Origin: Eledone cirrhosa
Taxonomy: Eukaryota
DNA length: 64,000 nt
Direction: 5' to 3'
Assembly (NCBI GenBank): GCA_964016885.1
Contig: OZ024741.1
Span: 110,670,001 to 110,734,000, forward strand
Numbering within the stretch: the stretch's first letter is position 1; each line of letters opens with the position of its first letter. Made by a program: the position numbers and the translations under genes. Below are positions 14,995 to 26,812 of the stretch, piece after piece. Under the pieces are notes generated by a model. It saw only the letters and a program-made list of their open reading frames with translations. It was not told the origin of the DNA and searched no databases.

Positions 14995-15200
14995 CCTGAA
15001 GGTGGGGAACCATGGATAATTGCTCCAATGCCCATCTATATGATTCTGTATGTCCATGATTCTCTTCGGGAGAAAAAAGTAACATTGATGGGTCCCAAGC
15101 ATTACTTGGAAGCTGGCTACTAAGCTGCAGCCCATCCACTTTCATCACAAGGATGAAGTCATTGGCTACTTGGAAGATTGTCATCAACATGACTAAAGAT
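14995..15200. repeat. Unclassified interspersed repeat; inverted homolog at 36845-37065
   Basis: CTTTCATCACAAGGATGAAGTCATTGGCTACTTGGAAG is the diverged reverse complement of the sequence at 36870-36910. Confidence 0.65.
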
Positions 15201-15687
15201 TCCCATCTACCCCAGGTTTGAAATCAGAGTGATCATTCTCCTAGGCTGCATATAATGTAACCTGATTTATCCCTGTGTCCCCTCTTCCACTGTCACTCCC
15301 TTATTGCTATCCTTACCATCACTACACACCTCACGCCAACCATGTCTTTTAGTTATGTCAAAGACATATCTGCCTCTCTACACAATAAACACACCCAGTA
15401 TATGTTATAAAGTGGCTAGTGATAGGAAGGGTATCCAACTGTAGAAAGTTTCCCAAACAAAGGGTTAGGAGGACCTTCAGTTTTGTTTAAAGTCATGACA
15501 ACCTCTCTTATGTTGATGCCATTATAATATGCACTTGGTAGAATGTGGGACTATATGTGAGATGTTGACCCCTGCCCTGTCTGAGAGGTCAACTGCCCCG
15601 TTTCAGTACTGATTCAGTCTGTAAAGACTCGTCCAACCCTTGCTAGCTGGGAATGTGAACGCTAAATGATAATGATGACACTATTAG

Positions 15688-15870
15688 ATGGTCATTGACT
15701 CTCTTGTGTTCCTCTGCCCTTTGATGGACTTTGTTTTTCATCCCACAGGGTGTCCAAAAATGACCCTCACCATGCAAGCTTGGTGGGGTTGCCAGTTTAG
15801 TTGCCAGAAACCTGACTATGTAATATGTTGTACTGGTTTACATGTTACCCAAAGCGCTCGAGAGTCACCT
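15688..15870 (-). mobile_element. Old copy of the RTE 5'UTR-like segment seen at 8852-9045
   Basis: CTTGGTGGGGTTGCCAGTTTAG and GTTGTACTGG.TTACATGTTACC match the reverse complement of 8875-8950. Confidence 0.7.
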
Positions 15871-16310
15871 AGCCCAACTAATCTACTACACCTACAAAAT
15901 TTCAAGTCATAATGTAATGGTTTAAATATTGTATGTAAAATGGAAGTGTGACTTACCTACCTGTGCAACTTGTATACAAGTATATACCATACCTTTAATG
16001 TATGTTTAATTCCATAATATTTTACCTGAGAAATGTACTTTACTTGTTAAATCTATAACCTAATTAATTAACTGTTGACTATTAACTAATAGGCCAATAA
16101 TTACATGGTTAGCTAATGGTTATGACATGTTATTAACTAGGAGGGTTGTGATAACAGTGAAAGTGCACAAGACTGAGGGATTATCTTTTAATGAAATGAA
16201 AAATGTTAATTACCAAGGAATTTGAAACTGAAATGTCAATAATAATAATAATTGTTTCTACTTTTTGGCACAAAGCCAGCAATTACCCAGTGCATTTCTG
16301 GTACTTTATT

Positions 16311-16960
16311 TTATTATAATAGTAATGATTTCTTTATTAGCCACAAAGAGCTCACATTAAAAAAACATTAAGGATGGTACAGGCTGATACTGTGTTGGTT
16401 TTTGCATATAAAAAATTATAACAAAGAGAAACATGTAAATAATTCAAACAAAAATAAATTTCCCTATATGGAGGAGATTTCCGAGGGTCACTCATGGGCG
16501 AAGCCCACAAAGTTGCCCACTCGCTCCCCCCAGTTGTCCTCCACAAATCTACAAGTTCATATTCAGAGCAGGCTCATTCACCTGGGCCATGCTTGCCACT
16601 CTCATCCCCCTTTCAACAAACTGATAGCAAGGCAGTATTTCTCTCTCCATTCTGATTTTTCTCTTCAAGTGAACCTGAAAAAATTAATCAGAGCTTGGCA
16701 AAAGAGGAAAGTGCTTGTCTTCAACAATTTCATGTGTATCTACTACATGACCTCTTTTGCCATAGCCACCAGGCAGATAAAAACTACCTGCTATTCCTAG
16801 CTAAAGGAAGGTGGCAGGGCAAATTTCACAATGGACACAATTGATAGCTGGATCTGTCCTACATGTGGCAGCAAGTGATTGACATAAATCAGGAATACTC
16901 AGACACTGGATGAATGCATGCAGCAGGGTTTTGTCACCCTGCACACATCTCGCCACCTTC
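16311..16960 (-). mobile_element. Tx1/L1-clade LINE 3' fragment (decayed)
   Basis: The minus strand reads ARCVQGDKTLLHAFIQC (CCHC knuckle remnant), then a frameshifted ALINFFRF region, AATAAA and an (ATT)n-like tail. Confidence 0.65.
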
Positions 16961-17443
16961 CTTTGTATGCCTGGTGACCATGGTGGCAAAAGTGGGTCTG
17001 ATGTGGACAAATTTGAAAGGGTTGAAGACAAACACTTTCCTCTTCAGTGAAGCCTTGATTAACTTTTTCAGGTTTCATTTGAAGAGGAATATCGGGATAG
17101 AGAGGGAAGTGGTACCTTCTAACCAGTTTGTTGAAAGGTGGGTGATAGTGGCAAGCATAGTCTGAGTGAATGGGCTTCTTCTGAGTTTGTGCCTGTAAAT
17201 TGGAAACCGACTGGAAGAGGAAACTTGCCCTAGCGATCAGGGTAACTGCAGCTTTTTGCGGGCTTTCTCCATGAGTGACTCTCAGAGGTCTCACTCTATT
17301 GGGGAATCTGTTTTTGTTTGTTTGATTGTTATAGCCTTTTTTGACACACAAAAGCCACACTGTATCATCCTGTGCCATCTCTATTGTTTGCTTAATGTTA
17401 ACCTTATGTACTTAAATAAAGAAGCCATTATTATTATTATTAT
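16961..17443 (+). mobile_element. Tx1/L1-clade LINE 3' fragment, second copy, head-to-head with the first
   Basis: VCLVTMVAK...EALINFFRFHLKRNIGIERE...FVERW..*, ending AATAAAGAAGCC(ATT)n. Homologous to 16320-16790 in reverse. Confidence 0.65.
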
Positions 17444-18624
17444 AAAAAAAAAAGAAATTCTTTTTAAAATGGTGGTGGAAGAATCATTAGAGCACAAGAA
17501 AAAAATACCTTAATGTATTTATAGCTCTTTGCATTGAGTTCAAATCTCACCAAGGTTAGCTTTACCTTTCATCCATACGGGGGTCGATAAAATAAAGTAC
17601 CAATAATGCACTGGTGTCGATTTAATTGACTTTCCCCTCCCCCAAAATTGTTGGCCTTGTGCCTAAATCAGAAAAAATATACCTTAGACTACATTTTCTA
17701 ATGTTTTTTTTTATTTGTTTGTTTTAAGAAAGTAACGTGTGGTTAAAGGCAGAGTTGACTGCTATTTCTAGCAAGTCTACTGATTACATAGTGGCTCCTT
17801 GTGATAGTAATGATTCAGATAATGATGATGATTTGGGTGATAATGATGGTGAGGATGATGATGATCCAGTTTACATCTGTGTGCTCTAGAACATTGTTAC
17901 ATCTGTTTTAAAACCTACATTATATACCCCTCCTCTACTTTGAGCCCCGGGTGGGCTCCTTCCAAGCTGTGTACCTATTTCACACGTGTAACCGTGGGAA
18001 AACAGATGGAATTCAAGCTATTGTAATCTCATCATCATCATTATCATCATCATGGCTGTTTTACATCAGTTTTTCTATGCTTGCATGGGTTGGATGGGTC
18101 TTTTCCAGCACAGTATCTCTCCACTCATCATGGTCCTTTGTTAACTCAACTTTGAACTTCACTATTTGAATCCGACTCTCACAACCTGAGACAAGTTCTT
18201 CCTTGGCCTCCCTCTACTGTAGCTTCCTTCCACTGGGATTTCTTGACATTTGTTCACCCAACAATCATCAGCCATATACATCACATGACCGTACTAGTGA
18301 AGTCTTCTCTCTTATCTTTCAGGCACTATAGTTATACATAGGGTTTTGAATAAGCAACCTAACTTGTTGCGTATTTTACAATAGAATATTGTAGCTTCAA
18401 ATCATATCAAGGTTTGATACTTTAGAAATTTTTCCAGTATGCATTGTGTGTGTAGAGTTATTTGACTGTTGGTAGATAATTATACTTTGTAGAGAACGTG
18501 GTGACATCACATCACCACTATAACACTTGTTGTGGCTCCATCAATTCTGATGATCAACAGAACACCTTGTTCATCAAATTAGTGTGCAAGTGGCTGAGCA
18601 TCCATATCACAGAATACCAACTAT

Positions 18625-18659
<35 letters not shown>

Positions 18660-19658
18660 TATCAATATACTATTTAAAATGTTACAAATCTGTCACAACT
18701 TCCCCATTATACATGTGCATAATTGACAAAAATCTAAAACTAAAATGAAACTGAGCAGACAGTGCATGCAAAGGAGCAAACTTTTCGGTTGTAAGATTAG
18801 AGAAAAGTGACTTCATCATAACTGAAATGAGACAATAATGTGTAATATCAATGATTAGTATGGACACATCATGACTAAATGATTAAGAAGTTTGCTTAAT
18901 CATTAGGTTCCAAGTTCTTGGGGAAGTGTCCCTTACCGTAGCTTCAAGTTGACCATGCCTTGTAAGTAAAATTGAGTAGATAAAAACTGTTTGGAAACCC
19001 ACCTGATGGACGGTACCTGTAATTCATAGGGCCAGCCTTGTTACTGTGTTATACTGAATCTCTCTGACAACTAAGGGTACACTTGCATGTAGAATATTCA
19101 GCCACTTACATGTTAATTTCTTGAGTAGGCTGCTCCATTGATCTAACAACTGGAACACTCATTGTTGAAACTGATAGAGATCCATTCCATATTGTGTTGA
19201 ATATACTTGACATCATCATCATCATCACAGTCAGGGATTAAACAGGCAGGAGCAACCTCATTTTGCTCATATGTCCCATATTTGACATGGTTTCTATGGC
19301 TGGATGCATATATATATATATAGTCTGCAGGGTGTATAAATCTACATAAGTAGAGTATAGCATGTATACATACTGTGTGCTTGTGTTGTGTATGTATGTG
19401 TATATTTATGTATAGATATATTTATTATGCTCCCATAGCATATTACAAGCTGCACAAGTGGTGATAACAAATGCTGCCATATGTGGAGTTTACCATAATC
19501 TCTCTCCCTATCTCTCTCACACACACTCTCAACACTAACATTATATATACACTCAGTCACATGCACACATTTATTTATATATATATATATATATTTTAGA
19601 AAGTGAGGGGTTTTTTTACAAAATGAAAAATAACCGAGGTGTCCTACACGAGTGAAAG

Positions 19659-19939
19659 TATAAAGAAAAAAAGATGAAATCGAAAATGCAACTGGAGTCT
19701 TATTTAAAAAAATATATATATATTTATTTGGTTCCTTTACCGGTTTCGCAGTTCTTCTGCTTTTCAAAATTAGAGTTGAGATGGAGGATCTCACGAGAAA
19801 AACCACAGACCCTCCATCTCAACTCTACTTTTGAAAAGCAGAAGAACTGCGAAACCGGTAAAGGAACCAAATAAATATATATATTTTTTTTTAAATAAGA
19901 CTCCAGTTGCATTTTCGATTTCATCTTTTTTTCTTTATA
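19659..19939. repeat. Near-perfect foldback (about 133-bp arms, 15-bp spacer): inverted pLTR pair with degenerate hammerheads
   Basis: Arms 19659-19791 and 19807-19939. Each carries TTGAAAA-GCAG aagaa CTGC-GAAA-CCGG-TA-AAG. Confidence 0.85.
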
Positions 19940-20158
19940 TATATATATATTATATTTATATATTATATATATATATATATTATATATATATATTATATAT
20001 TATATATATATATATATTATATATATATATTATATTTATATATTATATATATATTATATATATATATTATATATTATATATATATATTATATATATATAT
20101 ATATATATATTATATATTATATATATATATATATTATATATATTATATATATATATAT

Positions 20159-20190
<32 letters not shown>

Positions 20191-20214
20191 TATATATATA
20201 TATATTATATATAT

Positions 20215-20267
<53 letters not shown>

Positions 20268-20466
20268 TATATATATATATATTATATATATTATATATAT
20301 ATATATTATATATATATATATTATATATTATATATATATATATTATATATATATATATTATATATATATATATTATATATATATATATTATATATATTAT
20401 ATATTATATATATATATATTATATATATTATATATTATATATATATATATTATATATATTATATAT

Positions 20467-20499
<33 letters not shown>

Positions 20500-20648
20500 A
20501 TATATATATATATTATATATATATATATTATATATATATATATTATATATATATATATATTATATATATATATATTATATATATATATATTATATATATA
20601 TATATATATATTATATATTATATATATATATTATATATTATATATATA

Positions 20649-20691
<43 letters not shown>

Positions 20692-20715
20692 TATATATAT
20701 ATATATATTATATAT

Positions 20716-20768
<53 letters not shown>

Positions 20769-20861
20769 ATATTATATATATTATATATATATATATTATA
20801 TATATATATATTATATATATATATATATATAATATATATATATATATTATATATTATATAT

Positions 20862-20890
<29 letters not shown>
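19940..20890. repeat. (TA)n array interrupted by TT (pure A/T)
   Basis: Contains no G or C; units of the form TATATAT. Confidence 0.97.
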
Positions 20891-20893
<3 letters not shown>

Positions 20894-21141
20894 CATCATC
20901 ATCATCATCGTTTAACGTCCATGTTCCACGCTTGCATGGGTTTGGACGGGAGTTTTCCCACTTGAGGCAAGAGTGGTTGTCTTGCTCGCATAGGACTGTC
21001 TGGCGGGTTTTCTACAATTGGATGCCCTTCCTAACACCAACCACATTTACAGTGTGGGGCTGGGAGGTTTTTACCGTGTTGCCTACACGGCCACATTACA
21101 GCGTGGACTGTCTGGCGGGTTTTCTACAGCTGGATGCCCTT
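20891..21141 (-). mobile_element. RTE-B 3'UTR fragment with an internal template-jump duplication
   Basis: Matches 5267-5490. 21105-21141 repeats 20993-21030. Confidence 0.9.
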
Positions 21142-21204
21142 ACATATACATATATATATATATTTATGTGTGTCTATGTAAATGTATGTATGTATGTATG
21201 TATG

Positions 21205-21270
<66 letters not shown>

Positions 21271-21822
21271 GCATGCTTTTGTGTGTGTTGTTGTTGCTAT
21301 ACACACTGACACAACATAACTTGTTGCAATTATGTTTAAATAATTCTATATACAAACACACACAGACATATACTATCAATCATACCAACACACTTAAATG
21401 CCAATTACATAGACTAATAAACACACAGTGTCACTATTCCATGCTACACATGGATGCAATATGATTTCTACATATTTTTTAGATGTTCATGTGTGTGTGA
21501 GTATGTGTACACGTTTGTGTGTGAGTATGTGTACACGTTTGTGAGTGTATATGTGTATACATATCCTTTTCTGCATAATCATCATTATCATGACACCCTT
21601 GCTATCACTTCACACTACTACTACTACCACCATAATCTGGCAATACCACTATCATATATATATATAAACCCATGCTAGCATGGAAGATAGACGTTAAATG
21701 ATGATGATATAATAATTATAACAAGCCAGACACTTAGATATTGCCTAGGATCGCCGTTTTTTTAATATATATATATATATATATTAATTATAAGATCAAA
21801 AGATGGTTAAAAGAGTTCCAAG

Positions 21823-21893
21823 TATTTTATTATGCGCATTTCAAAAACAAATATCATCATGGGATGATATCTGCGTTTTCATCAGATAAAATA
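21823..21893 (-). ncRNA. Type-I hammerhead ribozyme in the 3' pLTR of the Penelope-like element
   Basis: On the minus strand: TATTTTAT-CTGATGA-aaacGCAGATATCATC ccat GATGATATTTGTtttt-GAAA-TGCGCA-TA^-ATAAAATA. It has an 8-bp stem I, an intact core, a long stem II and a palindromic stem III. Confidence 0.9.
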
Positions 21894-23396
21894 GGGATAC
21901 ATGATATGAAGCTTAAAAAACACTTGTGAATAGTGAAGTTTTAAATCAACATATGAAAAATAATTTAAAATTGATGTATGAGATAGGGAAAAAGTGAGGG
22001 GGGGGGTGTAAAAGGTAAGGAAGAGGAGGAGATGAGAGTAAAGAATGGTGGGGGAGGAGTATAAGAAGGAAGGATGAGAGAGGAGGAGAGATGGGTGATA
22101 GAGAGAGAGAGAGATAGCTTTTACAACTGAGAAAAAAAAATATTGTCTCACAGAGAGAAGTTAAAAAGCCGTTGGAAGATAATAGATAATTTAAAAGAAT
22201 TCTCAGATAGGCAAAGATTACATGTTCTGGATAGGGAGGCATTCATGTAGGGAGAGGCAGAACAAACTTTTCTCCAAGAGATGTTATAGTTAATATAGTC
22301 TTTCAAGGACCACATGAGTTCTGAGAGTGCCGTGTTAGTTCTTTTAAGTTAGTATTTAAAAGACGAATTGTGATTATAAAATCTAGCTTTGAAGGAGGTG
22401 GAAGTGGAACCGAAATAGGTAAAGGAATTGGTATCAGTTATAACCTTACATTCATAGACTAAGTTTTTATCAAGACAATGGTTATTGAGAGGATATTTAG
22501 TTCTAACAGGGCAATTACCATTGCGATTAGAGAAATTAACAGAGTTATTAACAAGTGACCTAGTGTTATTTATAGGAGGAATTGGATTGGAGAAGTTATT
22601 TACGATAGGAATAATAGTTTCCTGATTTAGATTGGTATTATAAACATTCAACGAAGTTACGTTTGATGTCGTATTTGAGTTTGCAGAATCTAGCCTAGAG
22701 TTAACAATGACGTCGGGAGTACTACTGCTATTATTATGACGCTCAGTGTTGGAAGGATGTGATTTAATATTTAATATTTTATTGTTGTGTTTAGAGATAA
22801 TGTTAGAGATGTTGGAGGAGGTGGAATAGGAAAATGTTATTGTATGTTTGTTAAAGATTTTACTATAGATATGTGAGGGAGGGAAGCATTTATCTAAGGC
22901 CCTAAAGAATAGTTTAGGAATATTATTATTAATAGAAATAGAGAAAGGAGCATTATACCATACCAGATTATATTTTTGTATCTAGGTCTTTTATTTAAGT
23001 TATTGGAATGATCATAATTAATTATTTTACTGTAAGACCTTCTAGGATTGGTTTCTTTACTGTATTTAATTTTATCAGGATAACCGGCTTTAGAAAGCGC
23101 ATTATTATAGTAATTGGCGTTAGCATCAAAGATATTTTTATTAGAGGATAGGTTTGATATTCTTTTTCCAATATTACTGACTTTAGCATTTTTAATGTTA
23201 GTGGGGTGGTTAGATTTAAAATTAACATAATTTAGATTCTCATTGTTTTTATGGTAAGGGTAATATAGGCCAGTGTCAAGATTAAGGGATATATCCAAGA
23301 AGTTAGCTAGTTTGACGTTGTTATCAAATCTGATTTTAAGGTTATGTTGCTTAAAGAGATCACGTATATTGTTCTTAATAATATTAAGGTTAACTA

Positions 23397-23738
23397 TGGC
23401 GGCACATGGCTTAGTGGTTAGAGCATTGGCCTTGCAATCGAAAGGTTGTGAGTTCAATTCTCAGAGCGGGTGATGTGTTGTTTCCTTGAGCAAGACACTT
23501 TATTTCACATTGCTCCAGTTTACTCAGCTGTAGAAATGAGATGATAGGGACTGGGGTCCGTATCATTCCACTGCAAAGTGGAGGTGCCACGGCAAAAAAG
23601 CACCCAGCACTCACTGTAAATGAGGTTGGTGTTAGGAAGGACATCCAGCTGTAGAAATCAAGCCAGCATCAGTTCCCGTCCCACCCTTGCATGCAGGGAA
23701 AAAGCGGACGTAAAATGAAATGATGATGAATGAAATGA
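23397..23738 (+). mobile_element. tRNA/CORE-type SINE inserted in the Penelope RT
   Basis: A and B boxes, CORE-like block, RTE tail and (TGAAA/TGA)n end. Flanked by an AACTA duplication (23392-23396 and 23739-23743). Confidence 0.9.
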
Positions 23739-24198
23739 AACTAAATTGCAATTTAAGATAGTAAAAAGTCCATCGTCACGATAAATTCCACCGCGAAGTT
23801 GAGGAATTTTCCGATTTAAAGAATTCAAAATAAAAATACCAATCAAATCAGTCAATTGCGATGAATCGGAAGCACCCATTGTGATATCAAAGTTGTTGGA
23901 AGTATCGGCTCTAGTCCAGTATTCATTGTTGAATTCTAAGATGGTTTTTCTTGCGGTGAGAATGATGTGAAGTTCATCTGTGGTAATGTCAGAATATTTA
24001 AATGCGAAAGATAGAGTGTTGTTGAGAAGTGAAGGCGAAATAGAAGAATAGTAGCTGGCAATATCAAATTGAATAAATACTTGGAACTCTTTTAACCATC
24101 TTTTGATCTTATATTATTTATACTCCAGTCCTACAAACTGTAGAGTGCTACTTATCCGATATTTGCATTGCTTTATTGTGCTACAATAAAACTCACCT

Positions 24199-24253
<55 letters not shown>

Positions 24254-24567
24254 CTGAGGTTGTCTGTCTGTCTATCGATTTTTGGCACACATCTCCTCTT
24301 AGAATCTCTCACGGAATTGCACCAAAATTGCTATACTTGTACATTGAGCCCTAGCGAAGACATCGGAAAAAAAATATTTCAAATTGACCCTCCCTATCTG
24401 ACGAAATCGAATATAATGTATCGATTTTTGAGCGTAAGTGATCAGTTATTTCCCTTTGTTCTGTTTACATTGAGCGCCTGCGTGCAAAAATTAAAAAAAT
24501 TACGCTGGCTTTCTCAGCGTTTAAAATGACATTAACACAATACACGAACAGTTGTCGAGCCAGCAAA

Positions 24568-24825
24568 ATTTTTACCTGCAAAATTCATCAGTTCGAACAC
24601 TAAGCTTCCGTTTTGCTTCATTTCCATTTAAAAGCCTTTTAAAACAATATTTTTACTTGAAAACAAGTCTATTTAAAGACTACGTAAAACAAGCAAATTT
24701 ACCTGCAAAATTCATCAGTTCGAACACTAAGCTTCCGTTTTGCTTCATTTCCATTTAAAAGCCTTTTAAAACAATATTTTTACTTGAAAACAAGTCTATT
24801 TAAAGACTACGTAAAACAAGCAAAT
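24568..24825. repeat. 127-bp tandem duplication inside the Helitron
   Basis: ACCTGCAAAATTCATCAG starts at both 24574 and 24701. Confidence 0.95.
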
Positions 24826-24889
24826 ATTTCGTAAAAAAAAGCAAAAATTATATAAGCTTATTTAAAATATATGTATCTGTAAATTTCGT

Positions 24890-25054
24890 TAGGCGTGCAG
24901 ACAGACAGTCGTGCAGAGAGGTGATATACGCGTGCAGACAGACAGTCGTGCAAAGAGGTGATATACGCGTGCAGACAGACAGTCGTGCAGAGAGGTGATA
25001 TAGGCGTGCAGACAGACAGTCGTGCAGAGAGGTGATATAGGCGTGCAGACAGAC
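24890..25054. repeat. 37-bp minisatellite (4 copies plus a partial) inside the Helitron
   Basis: Unit TA(G/C)GCGTGCAGACAGACAGTCGTGCAGAGAGGTGATA. Confidence 0.95.
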
Positions 25055-25619
25055 ATAACTGATAATTTGGTTACGCTAATGTTTTTCTCTGCGTTGCAGT
25101 GTTTACATTTTCGATCTTTGTTAATAAATAACCAGTGCAGTTTTTATCCCCAGCATCCTCTTTTGTTATAACATTCGGGTTATCGTTATGTTTTCTTAAC
25201 TTCATAAGGCATATTGTTGGTTGAGGGAATATTAATCAAAAACACCACATGCAAGTCTGCACAGTAGACACTACAGTTTTTAAGCCAAAAAAGAAACTTA
25301 ACATTGTAACTTTAACACAGCTACTGAGCGACCCCGAGCAACGCCGGGCTTTACTGCTAGTATATATATATATATATTGTTTACAACGTTAATTCTTTTT
25401 AATGGCAGTGCCCCAGCATGGTCTCAGCCAGTTGGCTGGAACACATAAAAGAGTATATATGTAATATGTAGATTCCTGTGTTGTGTCAGTCAGTCAGTCG
25501 CCAGTTTAAAAAAGTACTCAATACATTGGTACAGTAAAAGGCATTTTTCAAATTATATAGAAATGACTTCTACAAGGTCAGAACTGTTTCATTTATGGAG
25601 ATCATATCTATATATATAT

Positions 25620-25843
25620 ATAACAAAGAACAAAGAGGGTGTGGTAAGATACCAGGTGGACCATACCACACCAGAGAAGGTAATTAACTATGTACATCCC
25701 AAATCACTGACTACTCCCTGTGACAGACAAGAAAAACAACAAACTTTTTTGCTAGATTCCTGCCGTTCTAATACTGGTGGCTTAGTTTGGATCTAGATGT
25801 TGAAACAGCCAGAGCTCAGCCGTCAGGCTCCTGGCTCTTTTCA
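25620..25843. mobile_element. Diverged relative of the 58557-58735 hammerhead-bearing element
   Basis: GTGGTAAG.ACCAGGTGGACCATA is the reverse complement of 58698-58722. GAAACAGCCAGAGCTCAGCCGTCAGG resembles 58614-58639. Confidence 0.65.
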
Positions 25844-25851
25844 TATATATA

Positions 25852-26748
25852 CGAGGTATGTCAGAAAAGTTCCAGGACTGATGTCACAAAAGATTTATTT
25901 CAAACCCAAACTTCACACTAAGAGTTTTCTCCTTCAAAGTCCCCTGAAGTCTGTAACTGTAATTTTAGCTCTCTGCTGCGATCAAACTTTTTTCTTCATA
26001 ATTTTATATACATGTCCTCTGTTTCATGTCATCAAGCAATGACCACAGAGCAACGAACAAACTTGAAAACTCCGTCAGAAGCACTGGGATTGCTGCAGCA
26101 AGTGTATGGAGATGAGACAATATCACGCTCATATGTTTTTGAGTGGTGCAAGAGGTTTAAAGAAGGACGCGAGGATGTGGAAGATGATCCCAGGAGTGGA
26201 AGGCCCTCAACAACCAGGACTGAGGTCAACGTTGAGCGCGTCAGGCAGATGATGCGTAACGATCGTCGGCTGACTGTTCGACTGATGGCAAATGATCTGG
26301 GCATGAATTGGGACAGCATCTGGAAGATTCTCACTGAAGATGTGGACATGTGGAAAGTCTGCACGAAGATGGTGCCAAAACTGCTGAACGATGACCAGAA
26401 GGGTCAACGCATGCAAGTGTGCCAGGACATCCTCGAGCGTCTTGAAACTCAACTAGACTTGCTAGGGACAGTCATCACCGGTGATGAATCATGGATCTTT
26501 GAGTACGACCCGGAGGGGACCCGGTTTGAAGACTTGGACGGTATCAAAATCAAAAAGGCTGTGACGATGGAACTGCGGAGGATCCCGGAAGAATCCTTCC
26601 AGGAGTGCATGCAAACATGGCAGAAAAGGACGGAAAAGTGCATTAGACTCCAGGGGGATTACTTTGAAGGAGAAAACTCTTAGTATGAAGTTTGGGTTTG
26701 AAATAAATCTTTTGTGACATCAGTCCTGGAACTTTTCTGACACACCTC

Positions 26749-26749
<1 letters not shown>
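25852..26749 (+). mobile_element. Mariner (Tc1/mariner) internally deleted element
   Basis: TA flanks and inverted termini CGAGGT(A/G)TGTCAGAAAAGTTCCAGGACTGATGTCAC... extending about 100 bp. Confidence 0.95.
26039..26683 (+). pseudogene. Mariner transposase with in-frame deletion of most of the catalytic domain
   Basis: HTH region (WCKRFKEGREDVEDDPRSGRP), the MVPKLL linker and TGDESWIFEYDPE are joined directly to GTRF...W.KR..KCI..QGDYFE. The second and third Asp and YSPDL are missing. Confidence 0.9.

Positions 26750-26812
<63 letters not shown>

Larger units (their letters stand above)
21790..24200 (-). mobile_element. Penelope-like element, Naiad-like (RT + C-terminal GIY-YIG), 5'-truncated with inverted pLTR, pseudogenised
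   Basis: On the minus strand: FIQFDIASYYSSI, FDITMGASDSSQLTDLIG, GIYRDDGL, NFLDISLNL, SNHP, then CL..NLVYEC...[32 protein letters not shown] and CNLCLSE. It has stops and frameshifts and a SINE insertion. Confidence 0.9.
24251..25360 (+). mobile_element. Non-autonomous Helitron
   Basis: Ends CCCG(A)GC-AAC-GCCGGG hairpin...CTAG|T. It has (CTGT)n near the 5' end and internal tandem repeats. The exact 5' end lies within the TA run 24201-24251. Confidence 0.75.

Noticed and set aside
23398-23470. tRNA gene (GCA anticodon-like loop); also a tRNA-like relic at about 30143-30220(-)
   Set aside because: The cloverleaf is incomplete and continues into a SINE body, so these are SINE heads.
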